NCBI GenBank assembly: GCA_963771885.1
Contig: CAVYVF010000002.1
Span: 416,001-480,000 of the forward strand
DNA length: 64,000 nucleotides
Source of the DNA: Candidatus Bathyarchaeota archaeon
GTDB taxonomy: Archaea; Thermoproteota; Bathyarchaeia; TCS64
Direction: 5' to 3'
Part shown: positions 1 to 9,400 of the stretch, one piece after another
Position numbering within the stretch: position 1 is the stretch's first letter
Layout of the letters: the number at the start of each line of letters is the position of its first letter
The notes under the pieces: model-generated
Told to the model about the DNA's origin: nothing
Database searches by the model: none
The model's input: the letters and a program-made list of their open reading frames with translations, nothing else
Translations under genes and position numbers: made by a program

Positions 1-623
1 GCTCCAAACCACCCATATAGGGGGATTCCACCATCAAGTATCCCGGGGCTGCCTCCAATGTCCGCGACGATCTTGAGGACTTCATTCTTGAGTTGTATCT
101 GCGCGTATCCTCTACGCGCATACGATACTTTTCCAGCTAATTCCATTGTAGGCTCTAGTTTGTCGAGTTCGAGTAGGCTTTCTATCGGGTAGCCTCCCCT
201 AACTCTTACGGGATCAGCCGCGGGGCGCACTTCGAGGTGGGTATGTAGCGGGGTCTGGTAACCGAAGTACCCGGAACGGATCATCGGGCCTAAGACGTCC
301 CCTGCGCATACAAATTCACCAATAGCCAGAACAGTACCTACGTGAAGGATCTTTACAACCCTATCTGGCATCCGTGTGCCAATTATTGTCAATATGTCGT
401 GGTCTGGGGCTTTGAAGTTTCTACCCGGCGGCGCCTTCACACGCCTAACCTGCAGTATCTCTCCAGAGACGGGTGACTGAGCGGAGCCCTCACTCAGAGC
501 GTCTGCGTAAATGTCGACGCCGGTCATCAGGCGATGGGAGGGGTAGGGACTGTTGTAGAATGAGTACAGTCCGTCCTCGGGGCAGAAGAGTGTGACATCA
601 TCCGACGCGGCGACGGGAAGCAT
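1..623 (-). CDS. M23/LytM-like metallopeptidase-fold hypothetical protein, runs off the window edge
   Basis: Manual translation from ATG at 623: MLPVAASDDVTLFCPEDGLYSFYNSPYPSHRLMTGVDIY...SPVSGEI...KILHV...GDVLG...SGYFGYQTPLHTHLEVR. Has HxxxxxxD and HxH-LEVR motifs typical of M23-like folds. Absent from the ORF track because it has no stop in the window. Confidence 0.6.
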   Translation of the reverse strand, partial: MLPVAASDDVTLFCPEDGLYSFYNSPYPSHRLMTGVDIYADALSEGSAQSPVSGEILQVRRVKAPPGRNFKAPDHDILTIIGTRMPDRVVKILHVGTVLAIGEFVCAGDVLGPMIRSGYFGYQTPLHTHLEVRPAADPVRVRGGYPIESLLELDKLEPTMELAGKVSYARRGYAQIQLKNEVLKIVADIGGSPGILDGGIPLYGWFG

Positions 624-840
624 TGCCCCCAAGCAGTATTACCAGCACTTACCATGAAAGGATTAGGGCTCTTATAGTTAATCACCCAACATCCGAGCGG
701 TATAGGAATCCGTTGAATGTTTACGTCGTATACGACACAAGGACGTCGCTAGGTTTGTCGACTTCTAGACCGTGCAGCGAGGACGGGAAGTACTACGCCC
801 AAGCGGTGAGGATGGCGACTCTCGAGCCATATGCAATCTA

Positions 841-1290
841 TCACTCTAACACCCCGTCTGTGAAAGGTGAGAGCACCGTTGCGGCCGCGGAACGTGCGAG
901 CGTAGCGTACTTCTTGAGGTCAAGCCTCCCCCGGTGTAATCTGCGGGCTTGACGCGGCGGAAGGGGTTCCGGTTACCGGCGTCCACGTAGACATAGTTGA
1001 CTAGGGTGCCAACGTCGAGGGGTGCATGGTTCATCGATAGCACCTCGGCGGCGACGACGTGGCCGGGGCGGCTCGCGTACTCGAAGGGGGGGGTGACGAA
1101 GGGTGATGAGACTCGCAGATACTCCTCGGGAACACGCCCCTCCATGAGATTCCTTATGGATACCTCCAGTTCCTCGCGTGCCTGTCGGAGGTCTTCGTTG
1201 TGCACGGCGTCGGCGGTGGGTGGGGTGAGTGGGCTCTCTATGACGCGCTGCTGTAGGTGGTTCACGTAGGTGGGCGTGTCGCGTGCGGTG
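841..1290 (-). pseudogene. Family B DNA polymerase C-terminal (thumb) fragment
   Basis: Reads ARDTPTYVNHLQQRVIE...LMEGRVPEEYLRVS...EY...GHVVAAE...GTLVNYVYV...RVKP; after a frameshift in the G run near 930 it continues RLDLKKYATLARSAAATVLSPF to TGA at 841-843. Matches PolB thumb motifs. No palm or exonuclease domain upstream. Confidence 0.6.
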
Positions 1291-1357
1291 TGCGAGCACG
1301 TGATGACACTTTGGGGAACCCCTTTTATGCGTTGGTTTCCCTAATCGATCGACCTTC

Positions 1358-2011
1358 ATGGGCGGAATTTTGGCAGTCGTCTCCCACCCCGACGATGAAA
1401 CTTTCGGTTGCGGTGGAACACTAGCTCTCCACGGCGGGGAATCTACAGTGCTGTGCCTGACATGTAATCCCCGGAACAGGAGCAGTGAGCTGGAGACGGC
1501 GTGCGGGGCTCTCAGCGTCGCTAAACCCATCATTTTTATGGAAGACGACGTCGCCCCGTCGAGGGGGCTCGTGAGGCGGATCGCAGACGTAATCGTGGCT
1601 TCAAGGCCAAACGTCGTAATCACCCATCTGCCCTTCGACTACCACGCCGACCATAGGGCGACCTACAGCGTAGTGAAGGAGGCGATTGAGTGGGCGGCGC
1701 ACACCACCACAAATGAGGAGCCACATCTAGTGAAGCGATTGTTGCTTATGGAGGTGAACACTCTGATACCTAATCCCCACGTGGTCGTCAACATAACGAA
1801 AATGATGAAGAAAAAGATGATAGCTGTTGAGGCCTACCCTACGCAGCTTATCAAGTTTACGTGGGGCTATTATCAGAGGTTCGTCGAGGAAAAAGCGAGG
1901 CTTCGCGGGGCACAGGGCAACTGCGCTTACGCTGAAGCCTTCATTGAGGAGTCGATTGCTGAGAATAGCCCCTTTTACGAGGCGAAGACGACGAGAAACT
2001 TGCTGAGGTGA
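1358..2011 (+). CDS. bshB: PIG-L/LmbE-family deacetylase, BshB-like (GlcNAc-malate deacetylase)
   Basis: SHPDDETFGCGG and DYHADH zinc motifs, C-terminal YAEAF. GTGA overlap with bshC; bshA adjacent. Confidence 0.75.
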   Translation: MGGILAVVSHPDDETFGCGGTLALHGGESTVLCLTCNPRNRSSELETACGALSVAKPIIFMEDDVAPSRGLVRRIADVIVASRPNVVITHLPFDYHADHRATYSVVKEAIEWAAHTTTNEEPHLVKRLLLMEVNTLIPNPHVVVNITKMMKKKMIAVEAYPTQLIKFTWGYYQRFVEEKARLRGAQGNCAYAEAFIEESIAENSPFYEAKTTRNLLR

Positions 2012-3744
2012 TAGTGATGAGTGAGAACCCTCCAGTACACATACTTTACCAGAAGTTCACCGAAAATGACCCAGCTGGGGAGTACGCTCCACAACTTTGG
2101 GGGAGGATCCCAAGAAACATGGCTGAGTGCCATGGTTACCTCGCCGAGATAAGGGCGAAATACGGCACGCCTCCAGCGGAGCTTGAGGACCTGAAGAAGG
2201 CTATGAAGGCACAGATGCGGAGTCTTGGCATACTCACAAAGAAGACCGAGACGCATATAGACACTCTCGACAGGGGTGCCGTTGAAACGGGGCAGCAGCC
2301 AAACTGTCTCGGGGGCCCCAGCTTCATCTTTAACAAGATAACCTATATCGCCACGCTCGCAGGGCTCGGCGGCGGCTACGTTCCCCTCTACTACGTTGGC
2401 GACTACGACAGCGTTCAGGCGGAGCTTATTAACATACGTGTCCCGAGCCCTTCCGCCAAGGGAATGCTGATCACCTACCCCTCATCCTCAGAATATGAGG
2501 GCGCCCCCATCAGGAGGCTGCTAAACCCCGATGAGGAGTGGCTGAGGAAAACACTGGAGAAGGTGGAGAGCAACTACCGAGGCCTCCTCAAAGGCGTCGA
2601 GCCGGCGAGGCAGGAGAAGGTGCTTCAGAACCTCTCCCACATCAATACGATAATCAAGAACTCCTACTATTCTACCGAGAACGTCGCCGACTTCTCAACG
2701 AAGATACTCGGCTCTATCGTTAACTTGGAGGTGGACATGGGTATACCGATGCTCTCAGCCACTCACCCGTCGATCAGGGGCTTCTTCCGGCACGGCTATG
2801 AGGTGCTGCTATCAGAGCCGAACAGGAGCAGCTTCATCAGAGCGTCGAACGACGCAGTCGACCTCATCGAGGGGCTCGGCTACAGAGCGCAGATAGGTAA
2901 AAGGGGGATGGACTACGTGCCTTTTTTCCTTGAGTGCCAGACGCCGAGCTGCTACGGCAGCAGAGTCGAGCTGAAGTATCATATTAACGGTTCAAATGCG
3001 AGCGTCGAGGGTAAGTGCCAACGATGCGAGCAGGAATACAGCTACTCGTTCTCGGCTGAGAGACCGGATATTTCGGAGATCGCAGAGATCATTACACCTC
3101 GAGTCGACTCCCGTCAGGTCGTCGTCGACTCCGTCATTCCTGTACTAGCCCATGTCGGTGGACCTGGCGAGACGAGTTACTATGCAGAGGTCATCCCAGG
3201 TATCTCGGGGCTTGACTTAGCCTTCCCCACATTCACGCGATACGCCCGCGTCTTTTATAACACACCGTGGAATGAAATCGCCGGGAAGTCCCTCGAGGCG
3301 AGAGGCTATATAACACTCTCCCGCAGGGAGCTGTTCGATGCGCTAGCCTCGTGGGTTGAGGCAAAGAGGGCGGGAAACCTCGAGGGCACCGCAAAGGCAC
3401 ACGTTGATATAAGGAAGGCTATCGACGAGACCTATACCATGCTGAGCAAGTCGAAGGTGGACGCCGAGGCGGAGGTCAACTCCATTAAGAAGAATCTTTC
3501 AGACCCCTCCACGCGCGCTATCCTAATTCAAGAGATGAAGATTAAGCAGGTGCTGACCGGTGAGTTAGACACCTACTTATCATACGCTTTCGGTCACTTC
3601 GCACCGGAGAAATACGGGCAGGAGGTAAGCTGGACCTGGATCGACCTTGCCCTAACCTCAGGCATCGGGGAGAACGTTGGCATATACAAGAGGCTCTATG
3701 GCGGCAACACACCCAACTCGACGGTCTTTTTCGTTAACCTCTAG
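2008..3744 (+). CDS. bshC: Bacillithiol biosynthesis cysteine-adding enzyme BshC-like
   Basis: ETGQQPNCLGGPSFIFNK (BshC TGQQxxxxGGPxYxxxK), VPLYYVGDYD (cf. VPVFWxAxEDHD) and LAHVGGPGETSYYAE (cf. LAYVGGPGExAY) motifs; C-terminal coiled coil. Confidence 0.85.
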   Translation: MIVMSENPPVHILYQKFTENDPAGEYAPQLWGRIPRNMAECHGYLAEIRAKYGTPPAELEDLKKAMKAQMRSLGILTKKTETHIDTLDRGAVETGQQPNCLGGPSFIFNKITYIATLAGLGGGYVPLYYVGDYDSVQAELINIRVPSPSAKGMLITYPSSSEYEGAPIRRLLNPDEEWLRKTLEKVESNYRGLLKGVEPARQEKVLQNLSHINTIIKNSYYSTENVADFSTKILGSIVNLEVDMGIPMLSATHPSIRGFFRHGYEVLLSEPNRSSFIRASNDAVDLIEGLGYRAQIGKRGMDYVPFFLECQTPSCYGSRVELKYHINGSNASVEGKCQRCEQEYSYSFSAERPDISEIAEIITPRVDSRQVVVDSVIPVLAHVGGPGETSYYAEVIPGISGLDLAFPTFTRYARVFYNTPWNEIAGKSLEARGYITLSRRELFDALASWVEAKRAGNLEGTAKAHVDIRKAIDETYTMLSKSKVDAEAEVNSIKKNLSDPSTRAILIQEMKIKQVLTGELDTYLSYAFGHFAPEKYGQEVSWTWIDLALTSGIGENVGIYKRLYGGNTPNSTVFFVNL

Positions 3745-4849
3745 ATTTCACTGACTCGAAGGTCTCGATGTACTGATTAACGACCTTTTCCGCTGTGTAT
3801 CGCTCAAGGATGGTTTCGCGCGCCTTTTTTCCTAGCTTGTTCCTTAGCTTCTTGTCCCCGTAGAGGCGGAGTATCGCTTGCGCCAGTTCCTCGGGGTGCT
3901 TTGGCGGGACAAGGAGCCCGTTCTCGCCGTCGTCTATTATCTCGTGTACACCACCGACCTTCGTGGATACCATCGGTAGCCCCGTGCTCATGCCCTCTAG
4001 GAGTGTCAGCGGGGCGCTCTCAGTCTCGCTACAGAGGATGCCTATATCGGCGCAACGCATGAGGTTGGGTATGTCGCTTCTAAAACCGGTCATCGTCACG
4101 TTTCGCTGTAGCTTGAGACTGCTGATCAGAGTCTCGACGCCGTGCCTGTCGGGGCCATCGCCAACAAGAGTGAGGTGTGCCTTTGGCTTCTCTTTAACGA
4201 CGATCGCCATCGCATAGACTAAGTCATAGACCCTCTTAACGGGGCGGAAGTTGCTGACGTGGATTATACCGCCGCATTCGTCGCAGCCTGTCTCAACTGC
4301 GTCGCACTCCTTAGGGCTGAAGGCGTCGGCGTCGACGAAGTTGGGTATGACCTTGACCTCGCGCTCGATGCCTAAGCGCTCGTATGCTTCTCTCTGCATG
4401 AACGCGGAGACGGCGGTGACAGCGTCCGCTTTCTCAACATTGTGGTTATTGACTATGTGATAGCTGGGATCGCTTCCGAGGATTGTGACATCGCTACCGT
4501 GAAGAGTGACGACGTAGGGGACGCCGGTTATCTCACGGGCTAAGAAGGCGGCCGTCGCGTGGGGGATAGCATAGTGGACGTTCAGGACGTCTAGCTTCTC
4601 CTCTTTGGAGACGCGCGCCATTTCGGAGCCGAGCGCCACCGTATAGGGTGGGTATTTGAATAGGGGGTACTCTAGGACGTTGACGAGGTGGATGTGGACG
4701 TTCTCCTGGTCTATGCCTTGTACGGCGAATGGACGTTCATAGGTAATGAAGTGGACATCGTGTCCTCTCTTGGCGAACTCGACGCCGAGGCGTGTTGCGA
4801 GTATCCCGCTGCCGCCTACTCCTGGGTAACATGTGATGCCAATTCTCAA
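3734..4849 (-). CDS. bshA: N-acetyl-alpha-D-glucosaminyl L-malate synthase (GT4)
   Basis: MRIGITCYPGVGGSGILAT, YPLFKYPPY, VHYAIPHA, TLHGSDVT, HVSNFRPVKRV are BshA signatures. TTG start at 4849 follows GGAGG. Confidence 0.92.
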   Translation of the reverse strand: MRIGITCYPGVGGSGILATRLGVEFAKRGHDVHFITYERPFAVQGIDQENVHIHLVNVLEYPLFKYPPYTVALGSEMARVSKEEKLDVLNVHYAIPHATAAFLAREITGVPYVVTLHGSDVTILGSDPSYHIVNNHNVEKADAVTAVSAFMQREAYERLGIEREVKVIPNFVDADAFSPKECDAVETGCDECGGIIHVSNFRPVKRVYDLVYAMAIVVKEKPKAHLTLVGDGPDRHGVETLISSLKLQRNVTMTGFRSDIPNLMRCADIGILCSETESAPLTLLEGMSTGLPMVSTKVGGVHEIIDDGENGLLVPPKHPEELAQAILRLYGDKKLRNKLGKKARETILERYTAEKVVNQYIETFESVKSRG

Positions 4850-4907
4850 AGATGCGCCTCCTAACAACTAGCGGATATAGAAAGGTGAAATAAAAAGGGG
4901 TGGGCGC

Positions 4908-5366
4908 CTACTTTGTGCCCTTCATCCTCTTCTCGACGCCGAGGATGGCCGCGATCTGGCCCTCATGATGGATGATCTCACTCGTCATCAGCATGAGGTA
5001 GAACTCGCGTGGTTTCTTCCCGGCCCAAGCCTCGACTGGCTCGTCGAGCTGCTCGTTTGTCAGCTTATTCAGGCCGGCGTTGAGCTTCCTGTGCCCTTTG
5101 GCGATGTCGGCGAGTATCTTCTCCTGTTTGTACTTGGGGTTACCGACGTAGTCCTTTGGCCAGTCCTTCGGTTGCTCCGAGCCGAGGAACTTTGGCATGT
5201 AAACGTTCAGCTCCTCGCTCAGGTGGGTGAGTATCCACCTGATCGTGTTAGCCTGCGTGCAGCTCTTCCAATCGATCTGTTCGGGCTTCAGGTTCTTCGT
5301 GGCGCTCTCGAGCCTGTCGAACCCAATCTGTGCGAAGTCCTTTATCATCTTCGTCTTGACTGTCAT
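4908..5366 (-). CDS. DinB/YfiT-family protein (candidate thiol S-transferase)
   Basis: NTIRWILTHL and SEIIHHEGQI motifs in a ~150 aa helical-bundle protein. Confidence 0.8.
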   Translation of the reverse strand: MTVKTKMIKDFAQIGFDRLESATKNLKPEQIDWKSCTQANTIRWILTHLSEELNVYMPKFLGSEQPKDWPKDYVGNPKYKQEKILADIAKGHRKLNAGLNKLTNEQLDEPVEAWAGKKPREFYLMLMTSEIIHHEGQIAAILGVEKRMKGTK

Positions 5367-5447
5367 CGGATCACCAGAATCCGAGTTTTATCTCTGATTC
5401 AATGTGTATATAATACTACCCCTAAAAAGGGGTGTTTTCGGAGTTTT

Positions 5448-5938
5448 TCAGCACTTGAAATCGGGGTCTGCGGCCTTAAGGCGCTTGACCGTACCGCGGA
5501 TGTAGGCAATCTGGCCCTTGTGATGGACGATCTCGCCAATGTATGCGAAGAGACCTATCTTCCTCTTCTTGGTGCCGCCCCAGAGCGGAATCTCCTCCTC
5601 TAGCTGGGCGTCGGTCAGCTTGGCGATGCCGTCGAGAGTCACCTTCTTCCCCGCGGCGAGGTCCGCCCTGTACTTGTCGAGGCTGTAGTGCTGCTCCTTG
5701 TAGTCGTCGGGCCAGTCAGAGGCTTGTAGTTTGGATCCCCCTTAATTATACGAGGGAGCGCCGTGTTGCTTATCCTGCAGAGGTGGTTGACTATCCACTC
5801 TATGCTATTTGACTCCTCGGTCATCTGATAGTTCGCCTCGTCCATCTCAAGTCCCTTGAGCTGCTCCTCGAGGGAGTTATAGTGGTACTCGGCATACTCC
5901 TTCAAAATCTGTGCTTTCGCTGACAAGTTGTTCACCAA
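5448..5938 (-). CDS. DinB/YfiT-family protein, paralog of the neighbour (one frameshift near 5720)
   Basis: Joining ORFs 5639-5938 and 5448-5642 gives NSIEWIVNHL...KPSDWPDDY...GEIVHHKGQIAYIRG, colinear with the adjacent DinB gene. Confidence 0.75.
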
Positions 5939-5983
5939 GATGGTCTACCTATGTTGGGGGTTATATCGCTTGTTACGATTTAC

Positions 5984-6886
5984 TCAGCGAATGTAAGCAC
6001 CAAGGCCGGACTGCGAGGGGCTGAATCCTTCCAGGTCTTCAGATATCCTCCGCCCAGTGAGGGCATGGATATTCACCGAGTAAATTATGCCCGTGTTCTC
6101 CAGGTATAGTATAGGCCCCTTAGCGCCAAGTATTTTCCCCGCTATCGCTACGTTGTCCCTTATCTTCACATCGATTGGGCGAACTTTAGTCTGGGGAAGC
6201 TCGTATACGGGAGATAATAGGGTTGTTGCCTCGTCTATCCGAGCTGCGAAAGGTAGTATTTGACGTATCTTATCCGTAAACTCTTCGAGGCTTTTAAGAC
6301 CCCATTCTAGCTCTCTCGGGTCAGTGAACGCTGTTTTCTCATCGGCCTTGACACGTTTCAGTGCGCCTAGTTCGTCCTGTATCCTTTTCTCGTAGACCCT
6401 CACCTCACGGCCGTTCCCCGCTAGGACCCTACGTGCCGCGTCTGCGCCTTGCTCAATCCACCTCTTCTCGACCCTTCGCCCCTGAGAGACGCCTGCCTTG
6501 ATCCTGTCGCCGAAGACTGCGAGGTAGACGAATGCCTCACTCCGCTCGCATGCCTCCCTAACACTTTGGTGGGCGGAGCATGATTCACCCGTGCAGCGGG
6601 CGCAGGGGCCGGATGCGTCGTTCGTTGCGCATGCTCTGCACTGGTTCCCGGAGTCGGCCAGGGAGGAAGTGGGGCATGGAACGCGTTCCTTCCAAGAGTC
6701 CATCATCGAGTAGTCGCGCGTGACACGTGAGTGACCGACGCAGAACCTCCCTCTACCGATCCTGAAGGAGATGTTCTTATCTCTCTCTAGAACGACCTTG
6801 CCGGGGTTGTCGGCCGTCAACAGCTTCACCCGCCAAACGCCATCGAGGTTCTCCCACTGTGTGGCGTAGACGAGCCGGACGGACAT
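5984..6886 (-). CDS. DUF2797-like Cys-rich protein
   Basis: Several Cys clusters followed by VYLAVFGDRIKAGVS and RWIEQGA motifs. Confidence 0.65.
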   Translation of the reverse strand: MSVRLVYATQWENLDGVWRVKLLTADNPGKVVLERDKNISFRIGRGRFCVGHSRVTRDYSMMDSWKERVPCPTSSLADSGNQCRACATNDASGPCARCTGESCSAHQSVREACERSEAFVYLAVFGDRIKAGVSQGRRVEKRWIEQGADAARRVLAGNGREVRVYEKRIQDELGALKRVKADEKTAFTDPRELEWGLKSLEEFTDKIRQILPFAARIDEATTLLSPVYELPQTKVRPIDVKIRDNVAIAGKILGAKGPILYLENTGIIYSVNIHALTGRRISEDLEGFSPSQSGLGAYIR

Positions 6887-6964
6887 CGCACTGTACTGGG
6901 TGTGTGTGAATCATGAACCCTTCGATCGCGAAGGTTTGAAGTCCCATGAGGTGCATTTTGGGCT

Positions 6965-7400
6965 ATGAACGTCATCGAGTCGAAGGACGGGAATACGATT
7001 GCGATCGGGCTTGGCCCCGATGAGAGGTTGCTCGAGTCGATTAAAGAGGTCATCAAGTCTCACGGCGTCAGGGATGGTGCCGTCGTCTCCGGTATTGGGA
7101 CACTGAAGAGGTGTCACATGCACTACGTAAACACCAAGGGATTCCCCGCTGAGAACCGCTTCTACGTCGCTCGAGGAGCCGCTGGAGATAGTGGCGATCA
7201 GCGGGCTGATCGCGGACTACGAGCCTCACCTACACATGGCGGCGGGGTGTCGTGACCAGAAGGCCTACGTGGGGCATATTGAGGATGGGTGCGTCGTCCT
7301 CTACCTCGCAGAGTTACTGATAACGAGGCTCAACATGGGGCTAAAACGCGAGGTCGACGCGAGTCACGGCGTCTCGTTGTTGAAGGCTCGGTCTAGCTAA
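6965..7400 (+). CDS. PPC/DUF296-domain protein (frameshift near 7170)
   Basis: GAVVSGIGTL...EPLEIVAISGLIADYEPHLH...YVGHIEDGC...ELLI, split over two overlapping ORFs. Confidence 0.75.
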
Positions 7401-7405
7401 AAGAT

Positions 7406-7490
7406 TGGTGCAGGGGGTGGGGCTCGAACCCACGGAGGACTAACCATCAGGTCCTGAACCTGACCCCTTTGGCCACTCGGGAACCCCTGC
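7406..7490 (-). tRNA. tRNA-Leu(CAG), CCA encoded
   Basis: Reverse complement GCAGGGGTTCCCGAGTGGCCAAAGGGG-TCAGG-TTCAGGA-CCTGA, long variable arm, GTGGGTTCGAGCCCCAC-CCCCTGC-ACCA. Confidence 0.95.
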
Positions 7491-7506
7491 CCGTAAAATG
7501 GAGTGG

Positions 7507-7908
7507 CTAGTGCTTTAGCGTCGTAAGGTGCTGTTTATACTTTTCTGCGTCCATCATCTTCGCGGCGTTAGCGGCCCAGTTGCTGGGCTTGACCTTCGCG
7601 ATCCAGCCCTCGCCGTAAGGGTCGCTGTTGATCTTCTCGGGGTTGTTGAGGAGCGCCTCATTGACCTCGACGACGATGCCGGTGACTGGGCAGTAAAAGT
7701 CGGATACCGCTTTGACGGACTCGACGGCGCCGACGGCCTCGCCCTGCGCCACGTTTGCGTCCTTCTTTGGGAGCTCAACATAGACTATCTCGTGGAGCTG
7801 TGCCTGGGCGTAGTCGCTAATGCCGATCGTCACGACGTCGCCGGGCTTTGCCCACTCGTGCTCACTCGTGTAGAGTAATCCAGATTCGATCTTTGTTTCG
7901 TCTGTCAT
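7507..7908 (-). CDS. gcvH: Glycine cleavage system H protein
   Basis: YTSEHEW, GISDYAQ, VESVKAVSD lipoyl-lysine motif, NSDPYGEGWI. Confidence 0.95.
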   Translation of the reverse strand: MTDETKIESGLLYTSEHEWAKPGDVVTIGISDYAQAQLHEIVYVELPKKDANVAQGEAVGAVESVKAVSDFYCPVTGIVVEVNEALLNNPEKINSDPYGEGWIAKVKPSNWAANAAKMMDAEKYKQHLTTLKH

Positions 7909-9032
7909 GCCTTTACCCTCTTCCAACCGTACTTAGTCTCATCATAAAATGGGTGGTGCTTAACTATCTTTCCCTTGACGAGGTTCGCCCTGATCTTGAT
8001 CTGGATCTCCTTGCCGGGCTCCTTGTACTCGGGTGGGAAGTAGGCGAGCGCGATGCTCTCGTCGAGCGTCGGGGCGACGCCTCCGCTTGTGACGATGCCG
8101 ATCTTCTTCTCGCCGTCGTAGACCTCGTAGCCGTGGCGGGGGATGCCGCGCTCAGTGAGCTGGATGCCGAGGAGAGTCCTCGTGACGCCCTTCTCGATTA
8201 TGCCCTCGAGCGCCTTCCTACCGCTGAAGTAGTTGGGCTTCTTCATCTTAACGACCCATTTGAGACCCGCCTCGATGGGGTTGGTGGTCTCGTCAATGTC
8301 GTTGCCGTAGAGCCAGAGACCCGCCTCTAGGCGCAGGCTGTCGCGTGCACCGAGGCCGCATGGCTTGGCGCCGGCGGCGACGAGGTCGTTCCAGACCTTT
8401 AGGCTCTTCGTCGGGGTAGCGATTGGGTCGTCGAGTATGAAGACCTCGAAGCCGTCCTCCCCCGTATATCCGGTCCGAGCCGCTAGGCAGTCGAATCCAC
8501 TTAACGTTAGGGGTGCGATGTTGAACCTCTCGATTGCGCTGGGGTTAGTGGCGCTGATCTTCGCGAGGACATCAACTGCGGTAGGTCCTTGAATTGCTAT
8601 CATGCCGACCTTGTCGCTCATGTCGGTGAGCTTGACCTTGAATCCCTTGGTGTTCTTCTGCAGCCATGCGAAGTCCTTGGCGCGGTTACCCGCGTTATAG
8701 ACTACGAGGAACTTCTCGGCGTTAAGTCTGTAGACAATGAGGTCGTCGACTATGCCGCCGTCTGGCTTGCACATGTTGCCGTAGATACCCTTCCCGTCGG
8801 TGAGGGAGGAGATGTCGTTCGTGTCGACGTAGTCGAGGAACTTGACAACGTCTGGGCCCTCGGCGTAGACCCTTCCCATGTGACTCGTGTCGAATATCCC
8901 GCACGCCTCGCGGACGGCTTTGTGCTCGGCGATGATGCCCTCGTACCAGACGGGCATCGCGAAACCGCCGAAGTCGACAACGTTGCCGTGCTCAGCGTGG
9001 TATTGGTAAATGTGCGTCTTCCTGAGCTCCAA
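7905..9032 (-). CDS. gcvT: Glycine cleavage system T protein (aminomethyltransferase)
   Basis: FGGFAMPVWY, FDTSHMG, RTGYTGEDGFE, GLGARDSLRLEAG. Confidence 0.95.
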   Translation of the reverse strand: MELRKTHIYQYHAEHGNVVDFGGFAMPVWYEGIIAEHKAVREACGIFDTSHMGRVYAEGPDVVKFLDYVDTNDISSLTDGKGIYGNMCKPDGGIVDDLIVYRLNAEKFLVVYNAGNRAKDFAWLQKNTKGFKVKLTDMSDKVGMIAIQGPTAVDVLAKISATNPSAIERFNIAPLTLSGFDCLAARTGYTGEDGFEVFILDDPIATPTKSLKVWNDLVAAGAKPCGLGARDSLRLEAGLWLYGNDIDETTNPIEAGLKWVVKMKKPNYFSGRKALEGIIEKGVTRTLLGIQLTERGIPRHGYEVYDGEKKIGIVTSGGVAPTLDESIALAYFPPEYKEPGKEIQIKIRANLVKGKIVKHHPFYDETKYGWKRVKA

Positions 9033-9093
9033 ACCGGATTACCGGTTAGATATGCAATGGGGGGATGGTTAAAACCCTATCTGGATTGCGGAG

Positions 9094-9265
9094 CTACTTG
9101 GCTCCACAGGGGAGAACCTCGACGCCGTCCGTGCTGAACTTGAGGTCCTTCTTGCACTTCGGGCACTTGCCCTCGATACTTCTTAATGACGTCCTGCGGA
9201 GACTTTAGCAGATCCCCTTCGTATAGGACTTCTTTACATGACTTGCACATAATCTTCTGAGGCAA
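9094..9265 (-). CDS. Small zinc-ribbon protein (frameshift near 9177)
   Basis: MPQKIMCKSC...KKY; removing one base gives EGKCPKCKKDLKFSTDGVEVLPCGAK-stop, i.e. two CxxC pairs. Confidence 0.6.
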
Positions 9266-9400
9266 ACCTGCTCACTGTCCCTTGATGCTCTCAGCTAAGT
9301 GCATATAAACATCATCATGCAGCGTCTAGTTTCGGCCCCCACTTCATGTATAAATGGTTATATTGCCAGCTCACGCATCATTCGAGGAAGGAGTCAAAGT

